NCBI GenBank assembly: GCA_002104945.1
Contig: MCFH01000069.1
Coordinates: forward strand, 182,454 to 246,453
Direction: 5' to 3'
Origin: Piromyces finnis finn
Taxonomy: Eukaryota > Fungi > Neocallimastigomycota
DNA length: 64,000 nucleotides
Shown here: in pieces, positions 40,681 to 50,300 of the stretch
Layout of the letters: each line of letters opens with the position of its first letter
How positions within the stretch are numbered: position 1 is the first letter of the stretch
Notes under the pieces: model-generated
Told to the model about the DNA's origin: nothing
What the model saw: only the letters and a program-made list of their open reading frames with translations
The model's database searches: none
Program-made: the position numbers and the translations under genes

Positions 40681-41124
40681 TTACAATAAAATATATTTAT
40701 CATTAATAATTAGATTATATATATATAAATAACGAATAATATCAAGAGTATATTCTATATAATCTTCATTATCATTCATACCGATTATATCCTTAAAAAG
40801 TTCATTAACTTTATTCTTATATTCTGGATTATCAAGATTTTCAGAATTAAAATTAGAAAATTCGTAATTTTTAATAATAAAGATTACATATAACATTGGC
40901 ATATTTAATTTGCTAAATCGGATTTCATTTTCATTGGAATTATTATTCCTATTTATTATATGGACCTTTATAAAATTTAAAAATTCTTTAATGTATAAAG
41001 AATTATTATACTTTCCAGTAGTAGTGCTTATTAGTTTGTACTGGATTTGTTGAAGTATAGATTTTTCATAACCATTACTTTTTCCTTTTAATTGGTGAGT
41101 AATTTTAATGGAATCTATACTCAT
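40681..41124 (-). CDS. Hypothetical protein (viral-element ORFan, 147 aa)
   Basis: ATG-initiated ORF inside the element, flanked by near-pure AT spacers. No motif recognised. Confidence 0.65.
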   Translation of the reverse strand: MSIDSIKITHQLKGKSNGYEKSILQQIQYKLISTTTGKYNNSLYIKEFLNFIKVHIINRNNNSNENEIRFSKLNMPMLYVIFIIKNYEFSNFNSENLDNPEYKNKVNELFKDIIGMNDNEDYIEYTLDIIRYLYIYNLIINDKYILL

Positions 41125-41465
41125 TATGTTTATTAAATTATTTTATTAAATGAATTGAATTAAGTTAATCATTTTATATTATTTTTTTTTTCAATTAATT
41201 ATTTAATAAATTAATTTATAATATATATTACATCCATACATAATATATATACATAATATATTATTAAAATACAATTAATATAATTATTTTTATTAAAATT
41301 ATAAATTTTTAAATAGAAATAATAGAGTTAATAAATATAAATAAATATTTTTATTTTTAACAAATGATTTTATATATTTAATATTTATAAACAATAAAAA
41401 AAAATAGACTAGTTCATTCTCCTTTAAAGAATTAGCATTTATCCAAACCACTACATTTTTAAGAA

Positions 41466-42056
41466 ATGTCTGAAGTTATTAAAAGCGTATCACAAAAAAG
41501 ATTAAACGAATTAAAACGTACAGTAATCACTGATGCTATTGATCTTGTTTTAAACACTATATGTGATAAGGTTTCAATAGATGAAAAGGATAAATCATTT
41601 ACTGTTAAAAAATTGACAAAAACCATAGAATTAATATATAAATTACTTGGTGATTTAAATAATGATCAATTTCCTTCAGAAATCATCAAATCATTAAAAC
41701 CTCATATTACAAGTAAATTAAACAATACATTTTGTTTTAAACAACCATCTAAAAATAATAACAGTAATAAAAAAAGTATTTTTGAAAGTGCACCAATTAT
41801 ATTCTATCCAAATATTCAGTTAGCATTAGAAATTTCTTACAAAGAAATTAAGAAGGATATTAAACTTCAAAAATTACCAGAACATTACCATTTCTTTGTA
41901 TTTCCATTAACCATGGATGATAAAGAATATATTATTACTTATGCTGAAGAAAACAAATATTCAAAAAGAGAAATCATTGAAATATTACTTGATGATGTTG
42001 AAGTTAGTAAAGATGTACTTCCCCATGAAATTAAAACCAAATATGGATTTATTTAA
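41466..42056 (+). CDS. Hypothetical protein (viral-element ORFan, 196 aa)
   Basis: ATG-initiated ORF with coding-like composition. No motif recognised. Confidence 0.7.
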   Translation: MSEVIKSVSQKRLNELKRTVITDAIDLVLNTICDKVSIDEKDKSFTVKKLTKTIELIYKLLGDLNNDQFPSEIIKSLKPHITSKLNNTFCFKQPSKNNNSNKKSIFESAPIIFYPNIQLALEISYKEIKKDIKLQKLPEHYHFFVFPLTMDDKEYIITYAEENKYSKREIIEILLDDVEVSKDVLPHEIKTKYGFI

Positions 42057-42484
42057 TAATAGATACTCTTTTTATTTATCTTTATTACTATATTAATACT
42101 ATTAATAAATTATTAAATAAATATTATATATAAATGTATATAAGTAAATCAATTATTATGTTATCTATTCATTCTTAAAATATTATTGGATGAATAAGAT
42201 ACCAATAGGATATAAGTTATAAATTGAATATGAATAGAATACAATACTAATAAATTATTAATAATATGAAATTAATATATTAATAAATAAATAAATATAT
42301 ATTTATAAGTATATATTATATATAAACTATAATTGCAATTTTTTAATTTAAATATTTTTATATATTTTTATATATTTTATATATTATAAATTATTAATTT
42401 TTTTAAAAATATATTATAAATAAATAAAGATAAATTTATAAAGTAAACATTAAATATAATAAAAATAATAATATATATATGTTA

Positions 42485-42585
42485 ATATATATGTTAATAT
42501 ATATTTACTTTATATATTAATATATTGATGTAATATATAAAATATATAAAATATATATAAAGTAAATATATATTAACATATATAT
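42485..42585. repeat. Perfect 33-bp inverted repeat with a 35-nt spacer
   Basis: 42485-42517 (core ATATATGTTAATATATATTTACTTTATATAT) is the reverse complement of 42553-42585. Confidence 0.85.
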
Positions 42586-42678
42586 ATATAATATATTAAT
42601 TTTTTTAAAATGATAATTTTTAATTCTATTTTATGTTTATAAAGTTTTTCGTTAATAGTAAGTTTATTTGTCTATTAA

Positions 42679-44465
42679 ATGGTAGCAATAAATACACAGA
42701 ATATTGATACAAGTGGTATTAACATATACCATCCAATTGTATACTTTTTATTTATCCTCTTAAAGCATGACGAAACTAAAAGAACAAAATCTTATTCATT
42801 GATTGCTAAATACCTAGAAACTTACAATATAAAAGTTGATAATGATGAAAGTAAGGAAAAGAATAGAATCCTAAATGAAGAAATTGGAATTCTTAATAAT
42901 CGATTAAATAATATAAAGATTGAAGGAAACAATACTTTGGAAAATAAAAAATTCAAAAATGACATTATTGATATCATTTATAGTTGTATTGATGAGTTTG
43001 GTTTACGTATTGTAAATATTTCTCGATTAATGACTATTAAAAAGTATTATGGTAAAACTTCATTATCAAATCATTCTATATTCAATATATTCATAATTTT
43101 AAATTTGGGATATTTTGTGTATAGTGACAAGGAATGGTATAAATTCTTTTACAGTCTTAATGGATGGGAATCAATAAGTTCTTACGACATAGCTAAAGAA
43201 ATAAATTTGTATTTGACAGGAAATCTTAAGAATATGTGTATCGAATATAATATATCTTTAGATGGCATCACTAATGAATTAATGAATTTCTTTACCAATC
43301 ATACCATAATCTATAATCACTTGGAACAACTTGAAACCTTCTTTTACACCCATGATTTTATTAAACGAATTGATAAAGGTAATGTATTAAGATTCGAAGA
43401 CTGCGTTTATGACTTTGATATTGGAGCTCCACGTCCTGGACGTCCTAATGATTTTTGTCTTAAATCAACCAATTACAATTACTATAATGATAATAGGGAT
43501 AAAATGGAAGAAGTCTACCAATTCTTAAGAGATATTTTTGTTGAGGAAGACTTGATAAATTATGTATTGAAATTGATTGCTTCTACCCTTACTCTTGGTA
43601 ATAAATTACGTTCCATTTTGTTTTTCATTGGATCTGGTCGTAATGGTAAAACTACTTTTACTAATATGTTAAGACTTGCACTTGGAGATTATGCTGCTAC
43701 TCCAAACGTATCCTTATTTCTAGGAAAGTCCACCAGTGCTGATAAACCAAGTCCTCATATGATGGATCTTAATAAATGTAGAATTTCGATTTGTGAAGAA
43801 CCAGATGCTCGATCCATTAACATCACTGGTGATGCTAAAGCCATTACAGGAAATGTCGGATATATTAAGACTAGATCTTTGTATAAAGATTTACAAACCG
43901 TTTACGTTGATTTATTACCAATTATCAATACCAATGATAAATTAACTATATCCAATTTGGATAATGCTTTAATTGATAGAATCTTGGTTATTCCTTTCAC
44001 TCAACGTTTTGTTAACAAAATGAATATCTCAATATTATCATCCACTCAAAACATTGACAACTCTTCCATCAAGCAGGCCAACACAATGTGGCAAGGTTCC
44101 CATGTTCAAAGCTATGCTGAAGCATTAATCCACATCTTGATCAAAAATTACCAAAAGATTATACAAATTTGGAGATACCTCAAAGTGTCATCCATGCCAC
44201 AAAGCATTTCATTATGAGATGTGACCATATAGCTAGATTCTTGGAAAAGTATATTATTGATAAAAATGACAACTTTGCCATTCCTATCGATGAAGTTTAT
44301 TCCTTATATAAAGGTTGGTTTAAAAATTTTGTTTCTACTAGAGCTCTAAGTTACAGTTTGGAAGATTTCCGTATGGATTTAATTAAATATAATATAAGAA
44401 TAAAAAGTGTAATGTCATCTGATCATTTAGTTGAATCAATTATTGGATATAGATTGGCAAAATAA
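42679..44465 (+). pseudogene. D5: D5-like superfamily-3 helicase (~595 aa) with one frameshift
   Basis: D5_N-like VLRFEDCVYDF...RPGRPNDF, Walker A GSGRNGKTT, Walker B ICEE, motif C INTN, ALIDRILVIPF. One missing A at ~44166 joins the winged-helix-like C-terminus in 44169..44465. Confidence 0.9.
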
Positions 44466-44915
44466 AAAATATATATTCTTATTTATTAATACATATTATA
44501 AATTAATGTTTTATTAATTTTAATAAATTATTTTTAAAATAATTTAAATGTTTAATTCTTTAAAATAAATAATATTTGTATATTTTGCTTATATTTATTT
44601 TAATAATATTAAAATTTTAATATAATTTTTATTTATTTTTTAAAAAATAATTCATAATGTAAATACTTATTTAATTTTTTAAGAAAAACTATTTTTATTA
44701 TTAATAATTATTGTATATATTATATGCAAAATATTATAATTAACTTAATTATTGACTGTTTATTTACATATATATATATATATTAATGTGTATTATATAG
44801 TTAAAATGTTGTTTATTATAAAATACTTTAATTATGTTTTTAAAATTAAATTTAACTCTAAGTATTTAATATGTATTATAAACGTTATAAATATTATATA
44901 TATATATGAATGTGA

Positions 44916-44948
<33 letters not shown>

Positions 44949-45093
44949 TATATGTATATATGAATGTGAATATGTATGTATGTATGTATTTTGTTAATAT
45001 AACTATTATTTTAAAATGGAAAAAATACATATCTGAATATATGTAAATTATTTTTTTAAAATATTATTTTATTATTAAAAAAATAATTATAAT

Positions 45094-48000
45094 TTATTTT
45101 TCATTTATAGTTGTATGTATTCCGATGGAATCTAAATAAGAATTCATAATATTAAAACTATTTGAAATTGTTAAAGATTTTGTTGTGGAATTACAACATG
45201 TTTCAGATATACTTATTGAATGACAAATATTACAATATTTAATTTCCATAACATCTGTATTATTTCTAAACATATCCTTTAATATGGCATTGGCACCATG
45301 AGCTATTAAAGCATCCCTTTCCATTTCTCCTATTCTTAAGCCACCATTATTAGCCTTTCCTTCCGTTGGTTGCTTACTAATAGAATTAACACTTCCGGTA
45401 ATACGATAAAACATTTTTTCTTCTACTTGATGTTGTAAAGCTGTATAGTAGCAAACGCCTACAAATGCGGATCCTATATTTATTCCTGTTTTAGGATCTA
45501 TCATATTTTCCATGATTGGTATTCCACTTTCAATAAATGTTGATCTGAAATTTTTTATATCATTACTTTCTATGGAAGCATCAAAAAATGTTCCAAATTT
45601 CTGAGGATCAATCACCATACACTTACTGACGTACATTTCAATTAAATGACCAACTGTCATTCTCGATGGAAAAGCATGTGGATTAACAATGATATCTGGT
45701 ATTATTCCATATTCTGTTCTTGGTAATTCATCTTCTGGTAGTATTGATCCAATAACACCTTTTTGAGCATAGCGACTAGCAAACTTATCTCCTTGTTGTG
45801 GCTTATACATATGACGAACTTCCACACAACAATAGCACATATCATCTTTAATAAATGTGGTACAATGCTCAACAATAACAGGCTTTCTAAAAATATTTTC
45901 TATATCTTCAACTTCATTCTTTACAAGATTATATTTCTTAAAAATTATTTCATTGGAACACGATGAATCTTGTGCAATTGGTGTATTTGGTTTGGGTAAT
46001 CCATTTTCATAGTTTTCATTTATATTCAATAACATTTCTTCTTTAATATTGTAAGAAACATATTGATATCTATATTTAATATTACTAAACAAACCATTAT
46101 CTATACTTTCGGCATTGAATATAACACTGTCTTCTTGATTATTTCCAAATGCCATAATAGCTACTACCACATTTTGACCACTAAATCTATGATAAGTATT
46201 ATTATTTGTTATTGTTGATAATGTAGTCATTAAATCATTATTACTGCTATTTTCATCTTTTTCAATATTGATATTTGTAAGAAGGTCAATTCGATTTCTG
46301 AATTCTTCATTATTTATCTGTATATTTCTTTCAAAATTATTATGCTTTATAATTTCGTGTAAATAATTTTTATTATTTTCTTTAAAATCATTTTCTTCAA
46401 ATTCATTACTATTATCTTCATCATCAATATTTGTAAATAAATTAAATAAATTACTCAAGGTATAATTGGTATCATTAAATAAAATATTCAAAGGTTGATA
46501 ATGACAAAGTCTGCGTGATAAAATAGATTCTAATTTGGTCATACAAAATGGACGTTGAGCATGAATTAATTTTCTTGAATTATCATTAAATTGAAATATT
46601 GTACTGTCATTTGACATACATTGTTTTGTCATACCTGCTTGAAATGTTAGTCTTGGTACATGATTATTTCCTGGAAATGGGGAAAGAGCACTGATTAATC
46701 CAAAAACAAAGTTTGGATCTATTTCTTCATATTTATATTCGGTATTGCATTTGTATTCAGAAATGTCGATAAATCTTACACCTATTTCAGATCCATTTTT
46801 TAAGACTTTTATTGGTCTCATAATTCTTCCTTCATCCGTAAATATATAGAATGTAACATTATCGAATATACAACTAATAAATGTATATGTTAATTTTAAT
46901 TTTTTATATACATATTCTACTAAATCAGTTGAAGTAAACCCAATGAACCTACTATTCAACAATACAGGATATTCAGTAAGTTTGCCGTTTATACATGGAT
47001 TCATATGATCATTAACAAAAGAATATAAAATTGTTTTGTCTATTGAAAAGTCCGGTGCTACCAATACTGATATTCCAAAATACTTGACAAGACCTACATC
47101 TTTGGATTCCGGTGTTTCAAAAGGACAGAAATAACCATAATCATAAGACATTCTTAACTCCGAATTTTCACTTTCCGTATTAATCGGAATTTGAACTCTT
47201 CGTAAATGTGATAATTTATCATAATAGGAACGCTTACTAAGCGTCTGTACTGCAATGGCCGAGTAATCTTTGAAATAGGAACGAACTAGTCCTGTTTTAA
47301 CATTATTAAATAATTTAAAATTTAAGTTTTTAACAAATTTATTTAATGGAACCTTTTTATTTTCTAATGTATAGTATTTAATAAAACGATACATTGAATA
47401 TGGGAAAGTGTCAATACGATTGTTATAATGTTCTTTTGTATCGTAAAAGAAGGCTCTTGCCATTGACAGATAAGTATAAAATTTAATGTCATTATTATTT
47501 AATTTATTTTTTTCATCAGTATCAATAACAGGATGGAGTGAATCCGGAGTAAGATAGCTATCTATTATCTTATTAATTACAGCGATTATTTCTTCACTTG
47601 ATTCTTTTCGATGTGAAATAATACTTTCAAAGGTATCTTCTGGTAAAGAATCCGGAATGTCAATTACAATATTTTCTGGTAGATTATTTCCAAAAAGAGT
47701 AGAAATAATGATTTCTTTAATTTTAGCCATTGATAATTCCGGTTTTAAATAATGAAGAATGTACACGAGAGAGACATTTTGTTTATCATGAGATTTAATT
47801 CCTTTTACCCGTAGATATTGGAAAAATAAAGAAAAATAAACTCGTATGTCCAGATTAATGTGATTTTTGACATTCTGAATCTTTTTATGACGTTCTTTTG
47901 CCATAAAAGTAGTAATAATATCAATGTTTGTATTTTCATTTTTGTAATTCAAGTCTTTTTTATTTTTGCCAAGGACTATTTTTAAATACCTGACATATTT

Positions 48001-48399
48001 ATAATTTGTAAACATTTCTAAAGACTGAAATTTTCCATATTTATTACATTCTTTGTATTCTATGTAATCTTCTTTATCTTTATAAATAAAACATGGCGTA
48101 CAAAATATTTCTTGTGATATAATAACCTTTTCAACACCGTCTACTATAAACACACCGTCAATAGGTGCTGGTATTTTTATTTCATAAGATCCTTGAATCA
48201 GTGATATATAATAATAATCTTTTGATACCATTAAATCATCGTAACTAACTTTTGGTATAGAAATAGTTAAATGATTTAATCCTGGAATATTTTTTTCTAT
48301 AAATTCTTTTATATCATAAATCTTCTTTACAAATAATTTATCAATATTTGCAAATACATTGTATTTATTAATAAATTTAGTTAAGTAATCAGTACTCAT
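45094..48399 (-). CDS. RPB2: DNA-directed RNA polymerase second-largest subunit (virus-type)
   Basis: GVFIVDGVEKV, LSHLRR, CPFETPES.DVGLVK, NQEDS, GDKFASRYAQKG, PDIIVNPHAFPSRMT, GGLRIGEMERD and a C-terminal Cys ribbon. Intact 1101-aa intronless ORF. Confidence 0.97.
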   Translation of the reverse strand: MSTDYLTKFINKYNVFANIDKLFVKKIYDIKEFIEKNIPGLNHLTISIPKVSYDDLMVSKDYYYISLIQGSYEIKIPAPIDGVFIVDGVEKVIISQEIFCTPCFIYKDKEDYIEYKECNKYGKFQSLEMFTNYKYVRYLKIVLGKNKKDLNYKNENTNIDIITTFMAKERHKKIQNVKNHINLDIRVYFSLFFQYLRVKGIKSHDKQNVSLVYILHYLKPELSMAKIKEIIISTLFGNNLPENIVIDIPDSLPEDTFESIISHRKESSEEIIAVINKIIDSYLTPDSLHPVIDTDEKNKLNNNDIKFYTYLSMARAFFYDTKEHYNNRIDTFPYSMYRFIKYYTLENKKVPLNKFVKNLNFKLFNNVKTGLVRSYFKDYSAIAVQTLSKRSYYDKLSHLRRVQIPINTESENSELRMSYDYGYFCPFETPESKDVGLVKYFGISVLVAPDFSIDKTILYSFVNDHMNPCINGKLTEYPVLLNSRFIGFTSTDLVEYVYKKLKLTYTFISCIFDNVTFYIFTDEGRIMRPIKVLKNGSEIGVRFIDISEYKCNTEYKYEEIDPNFVFGLISALSPFPGNNHVPRLTFQAGMTKQCMSNDSTIFQFNDNSRKLIHAQRPFCMTKLESILSRRLCHYQPLNILFNDTNYTLSNLFNLFTNIDDEDNSNEFEENDFKENNKNYLHEIIKHNNFERNIQINNEEFRNRIDLLTNINIEKDENSSNNDLMTTLSTITNNNTYHRFSGQNVVVAIMAFGNNQEDSVIFNAESIDNGLFSNIKYRYQYVSYNIKEEMLLNINENYENGLPKPNTPIAQDSSCSNEIIFKKYNLVKNEVEDIENIFRKPVIVEHCTTFIKDDMCYCCVEVRHMYKPQQGDKFASRYAQKGVIGSILPEDELPRTEYGIIPDIIVNPHAFPSRMTVGHLIEMYVSKCMVIDPQKFGTFFDASIESNDIKNFRSTFIESGIPIMENMIDPKTGINIGSAFVGVCYYTALQHQVEEKMFYRITGSVNSISKQPTEGKANNGGLRIGEMERDALIAHGANAILKDMFRNNTDVMEIKYCNICHSISISETCCNSTTKSLTISNSFNIMNSYLDSIGIHTTINEK

Positions 48400-48953
48400 T
48401 TTTATCTATCATTTATAATAGTTATAAATTAAAATTAATTATAATCATTTTATAAATTATCAAATATCATATATAAATAAAATTTTAAAATAATAAATTC
48501 AATTATAAACAATAAATTTATAATAAAAATAATAATAATAAAATTTTTTAGTTTTAAAATAATCTATTTTAATATCTTTTTTTTGAATTATTAAAAAAAC
48601 TTTATTAAAATTTTAATTAAATATAATAAGTATTTTAATAAAATATTTTTAATTATTAATGTTGATTATACTATTTATTATTACATTAAAAATTATATAT
48701 AATATTATAAATAAATGAAATATATATAAATAATATATATATATATATATATAAATAATATATAATATATTATTGAATATGTTTAAATAATTTCTTTTTA
48801 ATATTTTTAAATATATATAAAAGATTTGATTATAAATTCAATTTAATAAAATAAATAAATATTGATTTAAATACCAATAGATGTATAAATAATATATTAA
48901 CTATTATTTTAATATAGTTTTTATGGTTATAAATATTAATATTTTATCAATAT

Positions 48954-50300
48954 TTATTTATTAATGATTGACATCGAATAAGTGTATTCTAAGAATGAAT
49001 CATCTATATCAATAGTATTTGATGAAAATGGATAATAATAGATTTCATTATTATTATAATCACGAACAATAAAATCTTTATCGGTTACAATATCTTCCAT
49101 GCTTTTGACAAGCTCTCTTTGTAAATAACCTGTAGAAGAGGTATTAAGTGAAGTGGAAATAATACCTGCACGACCTGATTTAGAATGGATAAATAATTCT
49201 TTGGCTGTAAGTCCTTCGGAGTATCCTCTTTTAATAAAACATTCTTGTAATATAGCCTGAGTTCCTAACGATGCTAAAATTTGAATAAGATTATCACCTG
49301 ATCCTTTTGATCCACTATTGATAATATTAGTTAAATTATTATCAAGTGCTTCTGCTAATTTTACTAATACATAATGACTATTTAAACATAATTCTTTTAA
49401 TTTACCATCAACGTGCTTACCCGAAGTTAAAATAGATGAATCTACACTTGACAAGGTTATTGTCGATAAAGTATCGGGAATCTTTTCCAAAATGCAATTA
49501 AATTTGTTTTCAAGTTCAGTATCTGGTATACAATCTGAAATGGAAATACTTATGATATGAAATAAGTTATATTCATGAACCATACGTTGTACATCCCACA
49601 TAAACTTCAAGTAAAAATCGTTACCATAATGAGAAATGGAATTTAACAATTCCGTTTGATTAGCACCATTGATAGTATGAAGTAGAATGCCATGATCTAC
49701 TAAATATTCGTCACCCATTTTTAAAGTTAGTGATTTTGGAAACAACAATGAAATTAAGTGCTTATATGGTATTTTATCGGTATTCATTCGAGACTTGTAA
49801 TATTTACAAAATGAATTCCATTTTTTCTTTGATATTTTCAATTTTTTACATATATTTTCGAGAACATGAGGTTCAACAATATGTTCATCTCTTGTCATAT
49901 TGTATAAACCAGTTAAAGTATCTTGAATAAATTTAATCATAAGTGAACCATCCTTAAATGAACGAAAATTATTTTTAATATTTAATTTACTTGCTAACTC
50001 CTTTTTAGACTCTTCACCTGGAAGCCAAAAAATATTCATTTCATCGCCATCAAAATCAGCTTGGAAAACATTAGCTATTAGTGGATTGATTTGAATGGTT
50101 CGGCTACTACTAGGAAATGATCGAATGGAAAGTATAGAGGTAGTTTGGAGTGTAGGCTGTCTATTAATAATTACATAGTCATTAGGTTTATATCCATAAG
50201 GAATTAATTAATCTGTAAATTCTTTTGATATCAATACTTTATCCAAAGGTATATTTATATTTGGTACAATAACACTACGAAGACAAAAGTTTTGTCTTTT
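48954..50300 (-). pseudogene. RPB1: RNA polymerase largest subunit, N-terminal half (A'-like), 5'-truncated
   Basis: Upstream of the listed ORF the same frame reads KRQNFCLRSVI...FTD*LIP...NRQPTL...QADFDGDEMN (stop at 50208-50210; motif at 50043-50063). Later motifs: FIQDTLTG, SGSKGS, GLT..E.F.H...GRAG, TSSTGYLQRELVKSMED. Confidence 0.92.

Larger units (their letters stand above)
25783..50300. mobile_element. Endogenous large-DNA-virus-like element (Nucleocytoviricota-like replication/transcription core)
   Basis: Compact cluster of intronless PolB, D5-like helicase, RPB2, split RPB1 and ORFans. This co-localisation is typical of large DNA viruses, not of host chromosomes. Left boundary not defined. 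Right end truncated at 50300. Confidence 0.85.

Noticed and set aside
10325-44170. Programmed frameshifting or slippage as a shared mechanism for the many one-base shifts at A-runs
   Set aside because: They occur in host, viral and TE genes alike and in both directions. Long-read homopolymer error or decay is simpler; raw reads are needed to decide.
44752-44997. 81-aa ORF inside the viral element
   Set aside because: Product of (TA)/(TATG) microsatellite sequence.
37036-48399. Interpretation as host Pol delta and Pol II genes, or as a pGKL-type killer plasmid
   Set aside because: The genes are intronless, clustered and highly diverged, RPB1 is split with no CTD, and a D5 helicase is present. 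PolB shows no protein-primed signature that I could identify, and RPB1/RPB2 are not fused.
25783-48420. TAATG/TAAATG at several element start codons, like poxvirus late promoters
   Set aside because: Expected by chance in >90% AT spacers, and not present at all genes.
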